Assembly: GCA_052390515.1 (NCBI GenBank)
Contig: JBQTGV010000154.1
Location: 1 to 35,163 of the forward strand
Reading direction: 5' to 3'
Length of the DNA stretch: 35,163 nt
Origin: Candidatus Eiseniibacteriota bacterium
GTDB lineage: Bacteria; ARS69
The notes beneath the pieces were generated by a model. That model was given only the letters and a program-made list of their open reading frames with translations. It was not told where the DNA came from and made no database searches. The position numbers were made by a program, and so were the translations under genes. This document shows, piece after piece, positions 8,590 through 17,540 of this stretch (position 1 is its first letter; each line of letters begins with the position of its first letter).

Positions 8590-11080
8590 GGTCGAGGGGC
8601 GCCGCTGGCGGGAAGTCGAGGCGATCCTCGACGGCGCGCTGGACCGTCCACCCGAGGAGCGTTCCGCCTTCGTGGACGGCGCCTGCGGCGCCGACATGGA
8701 GCTCCGGGGGATCGTCATCGAGCTGCTCGCCGCGGGAGCCCGCAGCCGCGGCCCCCTGGAGGGATCGCCCGTCGCGCACGCCGCCTTCGTGGACGACTTC
8801 GACGTGGCCACGGTGGCGCGGCTCGTGCCGGGCTACCGGATCGAACGCAAGCTCGGCGAGGGCGGCATGGGCGTCGTCTTCGAGGCCGTTCAGGAAGTGT
8901 CCCGGCGCGCGGTCGCGGTGAAGCTGATCCGAAGCGGCCCCCTCGCCGGGGAGCGCGAGGTGCGCGCCTTCCGCCGGGAGATCTTCAGCCTCGCGCGGCT
9001 CAAGCATCCCGGCATCGCCACGATCCACGACGCCGGCCGGACCGCGCAGGGGATCCCTTTCCTCATCATGGAGCTGGTGCAGGGGCGCCGGCTGGACGAG
9101 TACGTCGCCGGGCTGCCGCCGGTCTCCGAGCGTGCCGGCCTGGACCTCCGCTTCGACGTGTACCTGCAGATCGCCGACGCGATCGGGCACGCGCACCAGC
9201 GAGGCATCATCCACCGCGATCTCAAGCCTTCCAACGTCATGGTCCTCGAGGGCGACGGAGACGAGACGGCGAGGGGCGGAACCCGCGTCAAGGTGCTGGA
9301 CTTCGGGCTCGCACGGATCGAGATGGAGGGCGGCGAGCGCAGCCTGCGCACCGCGTCCGGCCGCGTCCTCGGAACGCCCGCCTACATGAGCCCCGAGCAG
9401 GCGCGCGGGGATCCCGACGCGCAGGACATCCGCACGGACGTCTACTCCCTGGGCGTGATCCTGTACGAGATGCTCTCGGGTCGGACTCCGCACGACGTCT
9501 CCGGCCGCCCGCTCACCGAGATCCTTCGCATCATCTCTGCGGAGGCGCCGCGAAGGCTGCGGGAGCTCGCGCCGCGCGTGCCCGAGGACGTCGAGACGAT
9601 CGTGCGCAAGGCGATCGATCCGGACCCGGCGAGACGCTACCCGAGCGTCGCCGCGCTGGCCGAGGACATCGAGCGCTACCGGGCGAACCTCCCCATCCTG
9701 GCGCGCAGGCCGAGCACCCTCTACCAGATCCGCAAGATCGTGGCGCGACACACCGCTGCGTTCGCCTTCGCCGCCGTCGTGCTCGTGCTGCTGGCCGGAT
9801 TCGGCGCGGCGATGTTCGTCCTGTACCGTGCGCAGGTCCGCGCCACGGCCGTGGCGGAACGGCAGACCGCGAAGGCCGAGCGCACGCTGACGTTCTTCCA
9901 GGAGATCCTGGCCTCGGCGGATCCCAAGTTCACCGGCGGCGAGGAGATCACGGTGAAGGAGCTGGTCGGCCGCTCGGCGGCGGAAGTGGACTCGAGCTTC
10001 GTCGAGGATCCCGACGTGCGCGCGTCGATCCAGCACACCGTGGGGCTGATGCAGGGAGTGCTCGGTTCCGAGGACGAGGCCGCCGAGCGCCTCCACCACG
10101 CGTTGCAGACCCGCGAGCTGCAAGGAGACGACAACGCCGAGACCATCGCGACCCTGGAAGGTCTGGCGTCGATCGAGATTCGCCGCGGCCGCCCCGCGGA
10201 GGCCGAGGAGCTCGCCCGGCGTGCGCTGGCCGCAGCCGAGAGGGTCTACGGCGAGGGATCGAATGACGTCGCCAGCTTGCTCGACGTGCTCGGCGGCGCG
10301 TTGGACGCCGGCGCGAAGTACGCCGCCGCGGAGAGCACGTTCCAGCGCGCGCTGGCGATCTACGACGCGCTCCCGGCACCGAACCGGGAGGATGAGGCGA
10401 GGCTCCTGACGAACCTGGCCAACGTGTTCGCCGGCCAGGGGAAGTACGAGGAGTCCGTGAAGGCGCTGCAGGACGCCGCGGCCTTGCTGCAGGGGCTCGG
10501 CCTCGAGGATCAGCCGGTTTCCCTCATCTCACGCTTCAACCTGGCCGTGCGCCTGGGAGACCTGAAGCGGTTCGACGAGTCGGTGCCGATCCTTCGCGAC
10601 GTACTCGAGACTCAGACGCGCGTGTTCGGCGCGAACCATCCGCTCACGTTGCGGACGCTGAGCGCGCTCGGATTCCACCTTTCCGGGACGGAGGGCTGGG
10701 CGGCGGCGGAAGCGGTCCTCGCCGACGCCGTGAGCCGGACACGCGCCGCCATGGGCAACGAGCACGTCAGTCTCGCGGTGGCCCTGCACGCGCACGCGTA
10801 CGCACTCGATCAGATGGAGAGGTTCGCCGAGGCAGAGCCCCTGCTCCGGGAGTCGCTGTCCGTCTTCCAGAGAAGTCTCGGCGAGCGCCACCCGCAGAGC
10901 GCCACGCTCCTGCACAACCTCGGCTACAACCTGTACAAGCAGGGCCGGCGCTCGGCAGCGCTGCGCCTGCTACGGGAAGCGCAGGAGATCCGGCTGGACG
11001 TGCTGGGAGAGTCTCACCCTCACGTCGCCGATTCCCGGGAGCTGATCGCCGAGGTGGAGGCCGCGGGCTCCGGCGAATGA
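8582..11080 (+). CDS. Membrane Hanks-type Ser/Thr protein kinase with C-terminal TPR repeats
   Basis: GEGGMG, VAVK, HRDLKPSN, DFG, GTPAYMSPEQ; one TM helix (~aa 390-415); TPRs of the LG..HP..A..L.NL type; overlaps the ECF stop by 8 nt. Confidence 0.93.
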   Translation: MDEVEGRRWREVEAILDGALDRPPEERSAFVDGACGADMELRGIVIELLAAGARSRGPLEGSPVAHAAFVDDFDVATVARLVPGYRIERKLGEGGMGVVFEAVQEVSRRAVAVKLIRSGPLAGEREVRAFRREIFSLARLKHPGIATIHDAGRTAQGIPFLIMELVQGRRLDEYVAGLPPVSERAGLDLRFDVYLQIADAIGHAHQRGIIHRDLKPSNVMVLEGDGDETARGGTRVKVLDFGLARIEMEGGERSLRTASGRVLGTPAYMSPEQARGDPDAQDIRTDVYSLGVILYEMLSGRTPHDVSGRPLTEILRIISAEAPRRLRELAPRVPEDVETIVRKAIDPDPARRYPSVAALAEDIERYRANLPILARRPSTLYQIRKIVARHTAAFAFAAVVLVLLAGFGAAMFVLYRAQVRATAVAERQTAKAERTLTFFQEILASADPKFTGGEEITVKELVGRSAAEVDSSFVEDPDVRASIQHTVGLMQGVLGSEDEAAERLHHALQTRELQGDDNAETIATLEGLASIEIRRGRPAEAEELARRALAAAERVYGEGSNDVASLLDVLGGALDAGAKYAAAESTFQRALAIYDALPAPNREDEARLLTNLANVFAGQGKYEESVKALQDAAALLQGLGLEDQPVSLISRFNLAVRLGDLKRFDESVPILRDVLETQTRVFGANHPLTLRTLSALGFHLSGTEGWAAAEAVLADAVSRTRAAMGNEHVSLAVALHAHAYALDQMERFAEAEPLLRESLSVFQRSLGERHPQSATLLHNLGYNLYKQGRRSAALRLLREAQEIRLDVLGESHPHVADSRELIAEVEAAGSGE

Positions 11081-12351
11081 GCCGCCGGCTCCGCCCGGTT
11101 CACGCACACTGCCACCGCCACGTCGCCGGTGACGTTCACGGTGGTGCGGCACATGTCCAGCAGCCGGTCCACGCCGAGGATGATCCCCAAGCCCTCCGGC
11201 GGGATCCCGACGCGCTGCAGGAGGATGGCGATGAGCGGAAGCGAGCCGCCCGGGACTCCGGCGGTGCCCACCCCGGCCAGTACGGACATCAACACGACGG
11301 TGACCTGGGCCATGAGATCGAGGTGCACACCGAAGACCTGGGCCAGGAACAGAACCGTCACACCCTCGAAGAGTGCGGTCCCGTTCTGGTTCGCGGTGGA
11401 TCCGACGGTGAGCACGAAGCTCGCGACGTCGCGGCGGACCCCGAGATTGGCCTCGGCCACGCGCAGCGTCGTGGGCAGGGTCGCGTTGGACGAGGACGTG
11501 GCGAAGGCGGTCAGCATGACCTCCCCGATCCGCCCGAAGAAGCGGCGCGGCGACAGCCGGCCGAACAGGCCGACCAACGCCGAGTAGGTCCCGAGGAGGT
11601 GCAGGAGAAGACCGGCGATCACCGTGGCCACGTACCAGGCCAGCGTCGTCAGGATGTCGAAACCGAGGACGGCGGTGAGCGAGAAGACGAGCCCGGCGAC
11701 GCCCAGCGGGGCCAGGCGCATCGCCCAGCCGATGATGGTCATGCAAACCTCGTAGACGCCCTCGAGCACCGCGACCACCGGCGCGGTCCTGTCCCGGGTG
11801 CCGGCCAGCGCCGCCCCGACGATGACCGCGAAGAACATCACCGCGAGCATCCCCCCGCCCGGCGAGCTCCCGTCCAGCGCGCCGACCATTTCCTGCAGCG
11901 GGTTCTTGGGGATGATGTCGAGCAGCGAATCGCGCACCGTCTTGGCCCGCTTCGCCTGCTCCACGGCCGCGACCGGCTCCTCGGCGTATCGCTCGCGCAG
12001 CTCGAGCCGCTTCTCCTCGGGGAGCCGCATGCCCGGGCCGACGACGTTCGCGAGCGTGATGCCGATGGCCACGGAGACGACCGAGAGCACGACGGTCAGG
12101 AGCAGCGTCCGCGCGCCGACGCGGCCGAGGCTGCGCGCGTCGCCGATGCGCACGACACCGAGCGTCAGCGCCGAGAACACCAGCGGGATGACCACCATGA
12201 AGATGACGCGCAGGAACACCTGGCCGAGAGGTTCGGCGACGTTGCGCGCGGTCCACGCGACCGTCTCGGGAGGAAGCATCGCGTTGCCGGCCAAGCCGGC
12301 TGCCGCGCCCGCGACGAGACCCACGAGGATCGGCCAGGAGCGGGTCTGCAT
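11020..12351 (-). CDS. Dicarboxylate/amino acid:cation symporter (DAACS, GltP/DctA family)
   Basis: FLR.IFM.VIPLVFS, IIPKNP, AFATSSSNATLP, NQNGTALF, GTAGVPGG, GVDRLLDMCRTTVNVTGD; alternative GTG start at 12384. Confidence 0.93.
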   Translation of the reverse strand: MQTRSWPILVGLVAGAAAGLAGNAMLPPETVAWTARNVAEPLGQVFLRVIFMVVIPLVFSALTLGVVRIGDARSLGRVGARTLLLTVVLSVVSVAIGITLANVVGPGMRLPEEKRLELRERYAEEPVAAVEQAKRAKTVRDSLLDIIPKNPLQEMVGALDGSSPGGGMLAVMFFAVIVGAALAGTRDRTAPVVAVLEGVYEVCMTIIGWAMRLAPLGVAGLVFSLTAVLGFDILTTLAWYVATVIAGLLLHLLGTYSALVGLFGRLSPRRFFGRIGEVMLTAFATSSSNATLPTTLRVAEANLGVRRDVASFVLTVGSTANQNGTALFEGVTVLFLAQVFGVHLDLMAQVTVVLMSVLAGVGTAGVPGGSLPLIAILLQRVGIPPEGLGIILGVDRLLDMCRTTVNVTGDVAVAVCVNRAEPAAHSPEPAASTSAISSRESAT

Positions 12352-12456
12352 CGTGGCTGCCCCCGGGAGTCCGGAGCGGGACACGGGCCTCGCGGACCAG
12401 TGTCGATGCGGCTCTCCGGGGCTGATCGGTCTCCGCCCAGACCCCGGGGTAGGCGG

Positions 12457-12485
12457 ATCCTACGCGCCTCCTCGCAGGGTTTCAA
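12457..12485 (-). promoter_or_regulatory. Putative sigma70 promoter for the DAACS symporter
   Basis: Minus strand TTGAAA (12485-12480), 17 nt spacer, TAGGAT (12462-12457). Confidence 0.65.
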
Positions 12486-12590
12486 CGTCCCGGGTGGCCC
12501 CGCCCCTCCGTCGAGCCTGGCGGCGGCGGCGCAGGAGTCTGGAAGGGCGGGCAGACCTGAGAGGGCGGGCCGGTGGGTCGAGAAGCCCCC

Positions 12591-14630
12591 TCAGCCCCCC
12601 AGCCTGAGCTCCAACAGGAGCGAGCGCCCCGGATCCGGGAAGGCATCCGGCTCCGGCCGGCCGATCTGTCGCGCGTCGAAGAGGTTCGTCACCGCCAAAT
12701 CCACGGCGGCGCGGCCGTGGAGCCGAAGCAGGAGGCCGGCGTTCCACAGCGCGTAGCCGCGGTGGCCCACCTCGTCCCCCCCTGCCTTCCCCGAACCGAG
12801 CAGCGGCGACCACCAGGCCTCGCTGGTGCCGTCCGCGATCGGCGTCTTCGCCGCGCCGGCCTGGCAAAAGAGGCGCAGCGTGGCGCTTCGCACCACGTCC
12901 GGGGAGGACCAGATGCGCTGCCGCCCCGAGATCGTCACCTCGCCGGCGGGGATGTCGGGAAGCGGAACCCCGTCCTCGTCTTCGCCCTGGACGTACGCGT
13001 AGGAGAGTTCAGTGGTGGTCCCGTCTCGCGGCTCCCAGGCGACGGCCAGGTCCGCGCCGAGGATCCGTCCCTTCGTCACGTTTTCGAAGCGCAGCGTGTC
13101 GCTGGCGGCGTCGACCGGAAGCTGGGCGATGAAGTCCTCCACGAACATCCCCCACACCGCCGCGGACGCAGTCCAGCTCGAGCGGTGCAGCTCCACGCCG
13201 CCCTCCAGCGAGTACGCCGTCTCCGGCTCGAGATCCGGATTCGGCAGCCGATAGCCGGCGGGTCGGTTCCCCTCGAAGTAGAGCTCCTGGATCTGGGGCG
13301 CGCGGTACGTGCGCGCCAGGATGCCGGAAACGCGGACGTCGTGGCGGACGGGTACGACGAGGCTCGCGTTGAGACTGGGCGAGACCCAGGACACTCCATC
13401 CTGCCCGTCCGCGCTGCGGTCCGACCAGTCGCCGCGCGCGGCGAGCAGCAGCTGACCGCCGTCGCCGGCGGGGAGTTTCCAGCCGACGAAGGCGCCCGCG
13501 TCGGACTGCAGCCCGCCTTGAACGAGATCCACGGCCTCCGGCACGCCGGCCGCGCCGCCCGACCAGCGCGTCGTCGTTTCCGCAGCCTCGACGCCGGTGC
13601 GCAGGAAGACGTCGCCGCCGGCGATCCAGGACCCGCGGGAGGCCGGGCGCTCCACGAGGACCGAGCCGCTCGCGTCGAGTGACTCGTTCTCGAGATCCGA
13701 CCGTCGGGTGATCGCCCCGGTGCTGCCGTCGAACCGCTCCGAGCGGTTCACCAGACGTGGGCGATGGAGGCCCAGTGTCGTCTCCAGCCTTCGCCCGGCA
13801 TCGTTGCGCCGGAACGAGACCGACCCGAGCGCGTGATCGTCCTCGAGCAGGGTATCGAACCGATTCGGGAGGGGAGTCCCGCGTCCCAGGTCGTTCGTGA
13901 ACGAGCCGAGCCCGGCGAAGCGCAGCGTTCCGCCCTGCCACTCCCGCTCGAGCGTCGCGACGCCGCCGGCCGCGTCGCCGCCGGAGTTCGCCGCCCTCCC
14001 GCCGAAGCTCTCGCCTTCGATCTCGGGGAAAGAGTAATCGTCGCGGCTGCGTACGAAGCCAGCGGCGAACCCGCCGAGTTCACCCGAACGCACTCCGACG
14101 ACGGCGCGGCGCTCGTCGCCGTTGGTCCCGCCGCCGAGCCGCACGAAACCGGGGCTCTCGCCACGTCCGCCCAACGCCACCGACATCACGCCACCCATCG
14201 CGCCGCTGCCGTACGCAACTCCGGAAGCTCCGCGGACGACCTCCAGGCGCCCGACGAGCGCCGGATCGAGGAAGGACACGCCCGGACCGATGCCTCGGTC
14301 CGAGGAGATGTTCACACCCTCCACGAGCACGAGGGATCGCCCGCGCGCGAGGCCGCGAATGGCCGGCGCCGAGGTCAGCGGATCCCTGCCCAGCGCACCG
14401 ATGCCGGACGCGGCCGAGACCTGTTCGGAGAGCGCCGTGGACGCGTTCGAAAACTCGTCGAGCTGCTCCGCCGATAACGTCTCGACCCGCGCGGCGTTCT
14501 TGCGGGGATCCGTCTCCAGCCGCGTGGCCACGACCTCGACCGCAGGAATGTCGAAGGCACCCAGGGTGACGGGTGCCGGGCGGTCTCCGGCGACGGTCAG
14601 TGCCACGGCCGCTGCCAGGGAAGGGAACAC
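12591..14630 (-). CDS. TonB-dependent outer-membrane receptor
   Basis: GGAGG RBS, GTG 14630; TonB-box-like VEVVATR; plug motifs IRGL..SLVLVEG and RLEVVRGASGVAYGSGAMGGV; barrel motifs YRAP..ELY, NPDLEPE, NLFD..PGRS. Confidence 0.9.
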   Translation of the reverse strand: MFPSLAAAVALTVAGDRPAPVTLGAFDIPAVEVVATRLETDPRKNAARVETLSAEQLDEFSNASTALSEQVSAASGIGALGRDPLTSAPAIRGLARGRSLVLVEGVNISSDRGIGPGVSFLDPALVGRLEVVRGASGVAYGSGAMGGVMSVALGGRGESPGFVRLGGGTNGDERRAVVGVRSGELGGFAAGFVRSRDDYSFPEIEGESFGGRAANSGGDAAGGVATLEREWQGGTLRFAGLGSFTNDLGRGTPLPNRFDTLLEDDHALGSVSFRRNDAGRRLETTLGLHRPRLVNRSERFDGSTGAITRRSDLENESLDASGSVLVERPASRGSWIAGGDVFLRTGVEAAETTTRWSGGAAGVPEAVDLVQGGLQSDAGAFVGWKLPAGDGGQLLLAARGDWSDRSADGQDGVSWVSPSLNASLVVPVRHDVRVSGILARTYRAPQIQELYFEGNRPAGYRLPNPDLEPETAYSLEGGVELHRSSWTASAAVWGMFVEDFIAQLPVDAASDTLRFENVTKGRILGADLAVAWEPRDGTTTELSYAYVQGEDEDGVPLPDIPAGEVTISGRQRIWSSPDVVRSATLRLFCQAGAAKTPIADGTSEAWWSPLLGSGKAGGDEVGHRGYALWNAGLLLRLHGRAAVDLAVTNLFDARQIGRPEPDAFPDPGRSLLLELRLGG

Positions 14631-14645
14631 GAGCACCTCCGGACG

Positions 14646-14708
14646 TGTGCGATGGCCGCTCTGTGCGATGGCCGTTCGATGATAGACCGTCGCGGAGGAC
14701 CCGTTCAA
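14646..14708 (-). promoter_or_regulatory. Putative sigma70 promoter of the TonB receptor with a 13-bp direct repeat over the start site
   Basis: TTGAAC (14708-14703), 18 nt spacer, TATCAT (14684-14679); TGTGCGATGGCCG at 14646-14658 and 14662-14674 on the + strand. Confidence 0.55.
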
Positions 14709-14761
14709 GGCTCGACCCGGACCGGTAGTGGGTCCCTTCCGGTGCAGTCGGGGCGAGGACG

Positions 14762-15442
14762 CTATCCCCGCACCGACAGCCGGTAGCCCGCACCCGGCTG
14801 GCTCAGCAGGTACCGCGGATCGGAAGGATCGTCCTCGATCTTCCGGCGAAGACGCCGCACGAGCTGCTTGAGAAGCTGCCGGTCGCCGAGCCCGCGGTAA
14901 CCCCACACGTGCGCGGTGATCCGGTCCACCGTGAGGACGTGATCCGCGTTGGCCACGAGGAGCTGGAGTAGCCGGAACTCGAGCGGCGTCAGCGTCACCG
15001 CCGCGCGATTCCGGATGCTCACCGTGCGCGCCTCCGCGTCCAGGGCGAAGTCGCCCGCGTCCACCTTCGCGGCGCGCTCCGTGCCGGTGCGGCGAAGCAA
15101 GGCCCGCACACGCGCCAGAACGGTGCGCGGGCTGAACGGCTTCGTCAGGTAGTCGTCCGCGCCGCAATCGAGCGCGCGGACCTGGTCTTCCTCGGCCGAC
15201 CGCACCGTGAGCATCATCACCGGCGTGCGCTCGCCCCGCGCGCGCAGCGTGCGAAGAACCTCGATTCCGCTCAGATGCGGCAGGTTGTGGTCCAGCAGCA
15301 CCAGGTTCGGCCGCTCGCGGTCATAGACCTCGAGCGCGGCACGGCCGTCCGCGGCCTCCACCACGAGGTACCCGGATTGCCGCAGCGCGTACGAGATCAG
15401 CCCCAGCAACTCGAGATCGTCGTCGACGACCAGGACCTTCAC
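14762..15442 (-). CDS. OmpR/PhoB family response regulator
   Basis: GTGA overlap with the kinase stop; VLVVDDD, LVLLDHNLP, GADDYLTKPF; winged helix LTPLEFRLL..VWG..RLRRKIE.DPS.PRY...G.GY. Confidence 0.93.
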   Translation of the reverse strand: MKVLVVDDDLELLGLISYALRQSGYLVVEAADGRAALEVYDRERPNLVLLDHNLPHLSGIEVLRTLRARGERTPVMMLTVRSAEEDQVRALDCGADDYLTKPFSPRTVLARVRALLRRTGTERAAKVDAGDFALDAEARTVSIRNRAAVTLTPLEFRLLQLLVANADHVLTVDRITAHVWGYRGLGDRQLLKQLVRRLRRKIEDDPSDPRYLLSQPGAGYRLSVRG

Positions 15443-17523
15443 GGCGCGCCGCCCGTGGGCAGCACGATCTCGAGGCGGGCTCCCGCCCCGGTGTTGCACG
15501 CCCGCGCACGGCCGCCGTGCCGCTGGACGATCGAGCGGACGATCCACAGCCCGAGGCCCATGCCGCCCTCCTCCGGTTCGCCACCGGCACGATGGAACCG
15601 CTCGAAGAGTGCGTCGACGTCGTGGTCGGGGATGCCGGGACCCTGATCCTCGACCCACAGCGTGACCTCACCGCCGGCGACCGACCCTCCGACCGAGATC
15701 GTCGTCTCCTTCGCCGCGAACTTGTTCGCGTTGGCGAGCAGGTTCACGAAGACCTGGGTCAGCCGTGGCGCGTCGCCGCGCACGGCCGGCAGCGGATGCG
15801 GGAGATCGACGTCCAGGCGCTGGCCCTTGTGGCGGATGAGCGGCGCCGTGGCCTCGACCGCCTCCTCCACCACCTCGTCGAGCCGCACGGCGGCGCTCCG
15901 GATCGAGTCGCTCCCCGACTCGATGCGCAGGCTTTCCAGCAGGTTGTCGATCAGTCCGGTGAGTCGGAGCGTGGCCCGCTCCACGGACTGCACGAGCGCG
16001 TCGACGTCCTCCGCGCCGATCTCGTGGAGACGCCCGCGGATCATCTCGATGGAGGCGAGCTGCGCCGAGAGCGGCGTGCGGAACTCGTGGGAGATGTGCG
16101 CCAGCACGTCGTCGCGGAGGTTGCGCACCGCCTCCTCCTCGGTCTCGTCACGGAGGACCTGGTACTGCAGCGCGCCGCCGTCCTCTTCCTCGGACGGTCC
16201 CGCAACGGGTGCAGCGCTGCCCACGATCACCGTCCGCCTCGTCCCGTCGGAGAGCACGAGCCGCTCGGTGGCGCGCGCCTCACCGCGGAATCGGGCGTCC
16301 ACGATCGGGCAGTGCTCCTCGCAGGGGCGGACGCCGTTCGCGTCCGCGGGATTCAGGATGTCGCCGCAGAAGCGGCCAACCGCGTCGCCGACGCTCACGC
16401 CCAGCATGGCCGCCGCCTGCGGATTGAGATAGGTGATCCGCCGGTCGCGGTCCACGGCGAAGACTCCTTCGGAGATCCCTCGGAGGATCGCTTCCGCGGC
16501 GCCTTGCCGGTTGCGGAGCTCGCGGGTGAGATCGAGGAGGCGGTCGCGCATCTCCTCCATGGTCTCCGCCAGCGTCCCTCCCTCACCGCCCTGGATCCGC
16601 GGGATCGGCGAGGTCAGGTCGCCGCGGCCGATGCGGGCCGCCGCCCGAGTCAGGTCCTCCAGCGGCCGCACCACGCGCCGCGCGATCCAGAGGGAGGCGA
16701 CCATCGCGAGGAGCGCCACCGTCACCAACGTCACGATCAGCGCTCGGACCAGCCGGTCGACGGCCGCGTCCGCGGGAGCGGTCCCCAGCCGCGTCTCCAG
16801 CACGCCCACGACCGAACCGGAGCGGTCCCGCAGGGGACCGGCCGCCACGAAGGATTCGATGCGATCGACGCGCGTCGAGACGCTCGCTCCGGTCGTCGCC
16901 ACGCGCTCGCGCAGAGCCCCGGCGGCGTCGGGCACCTTCGCGAGCACTGCCTCCGCGGCATGCACCTGGACGGCAACGCCGGCGCGACCGGTCAGCTGCT
17001 CCGCGTACTCGGGTCCGAGCAACCGGACGGCCGCCACGCGCACGCCCGCGTGCGTGGCCACGGCGGAGACGCCGGCCAGCGCAATCGGCTCGTTCGCCCC
17101 CCGCTCCACCAGGAACCAGCCGTCTCCGGAGCGCTCCGCGTCGGCGAGGACGGCACCCCACGGAAGGCCGGCGGCACCGGCCGCCACGACGCCGCCCGCG
17201 GCGAAGACCGCGCAGCCGTCGAGCTCGCCGGTCCCCCCGAAACGATCGAGGAAGCGCAGCGTCTCCTCGCGCTCGCCCACTTCGAGCAGCCGGTCGAGCG
17301 AGGGGCGCTCGGAGAGGACGCGCACCGTCGTGTACAGGTCGCGGCCGGCTTCGCCCACGGCCGCCGTGGCGGTCGAGAGCGCGATCTCCACGCGGGCGAG
17401 TGCCTGCTCCTCGGCGAAGCTGCGCAGGAGGCCCACGGCCCGGCCGCCCACGACGGCGACCGCCGCGGCGACCAAGCCGACGATGGTCAGCACGAGCAGG
17501 ACGCGAAGGCTCGGACCGCGCAT
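15439..17523 (-). CDS. Membrane sensor histidine kinase (TM - extracytoplasmic sensor - TM - HAMP - PAS - HisKA - HATPase)
   Basis: GAGGAGG RBS; HAMP (RPLEDLTRAAARIGRGDL); PAS (EGVFAVDRDRRITYLNPQAA); SHEFRTPL; QVFVNLLANANKF; DQGPGI; GMGLGL. Confidence 0.93.
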   Translation of the reverse strand: MRGPSLRVLLVLTIVGLVAAAVAVVGGRAVGLLRSFAEEQALARVEIALSTATAAVGEAGRDLYTTVRVLSERPSLDRLLEVGEREETLRFLDRFGGTGELDGCAVFAAGGVVAAGAAGLPWGAVLADAERSGDGWFLVERGANEPIALAGVSAVATHAGVRVAAVRLLGPEYAEQLTGRAGVAVQVHAAEAVLAKVPDAAGALRERVATTGASVSTRVDRIESFVAAGPLRDRSGSVVGVLETRLGTAPADAAVDRLVRALIVTLVTVALLAMVASLWIARRVVRPLEDLTRAAARIGRGDLTSPIPRIQGGEGGTLAETMEEMRDRLLDLTRELRNRQGAAEAILRGISEGVFAVDRDRRITYLNPQAAAMLGVSVGDAVGRFCGDILNPADANGVRPCEEHCPIVDARFRGEARATERLVLSDGTRRTVIVGSAAPVAGPSEEEDGGALQYQVLRDETEEEAVRNLRDDVLAHISHEFRTPLSAQLASIEMIRGRLHEIGAEDVDALVQSVERATLRLTGLIDNLLESLRIESGSDSIRSAAVRLDEVVEEAVEATAPLIRHKGQRLDVDLPHPLPAVRGDAPRLTQVFVNLLANANKFAAKETTISVGGSVAGGEVTLWVEDQGPGIPDHDVDALFERFHRAGGEPEEGGMGLGLWIVRSIVQRHGGRARACNTGAGARLEIVLPTGGAP

Positions 17524-17540
17524 GCGGTGTGTCCCTCCTC

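Noticed and set aside
12352-12590. Possible glycine riboswitch upstream of the DAACS symporter (GGAGA and CTCTCAGG fragments on the minus strand)
   Set aside because: The fragments are in the wrong order, the CCGAAG element is missing, and CTCTCAGG lies upstream of the predicted promoter
14631-14761. Cobalamin riboswitch or Fur box before the TonB receptor
   Set aside because: The predicted leader is only ~40 nt; no B12-box or AT-rich Fur palindrome is visible
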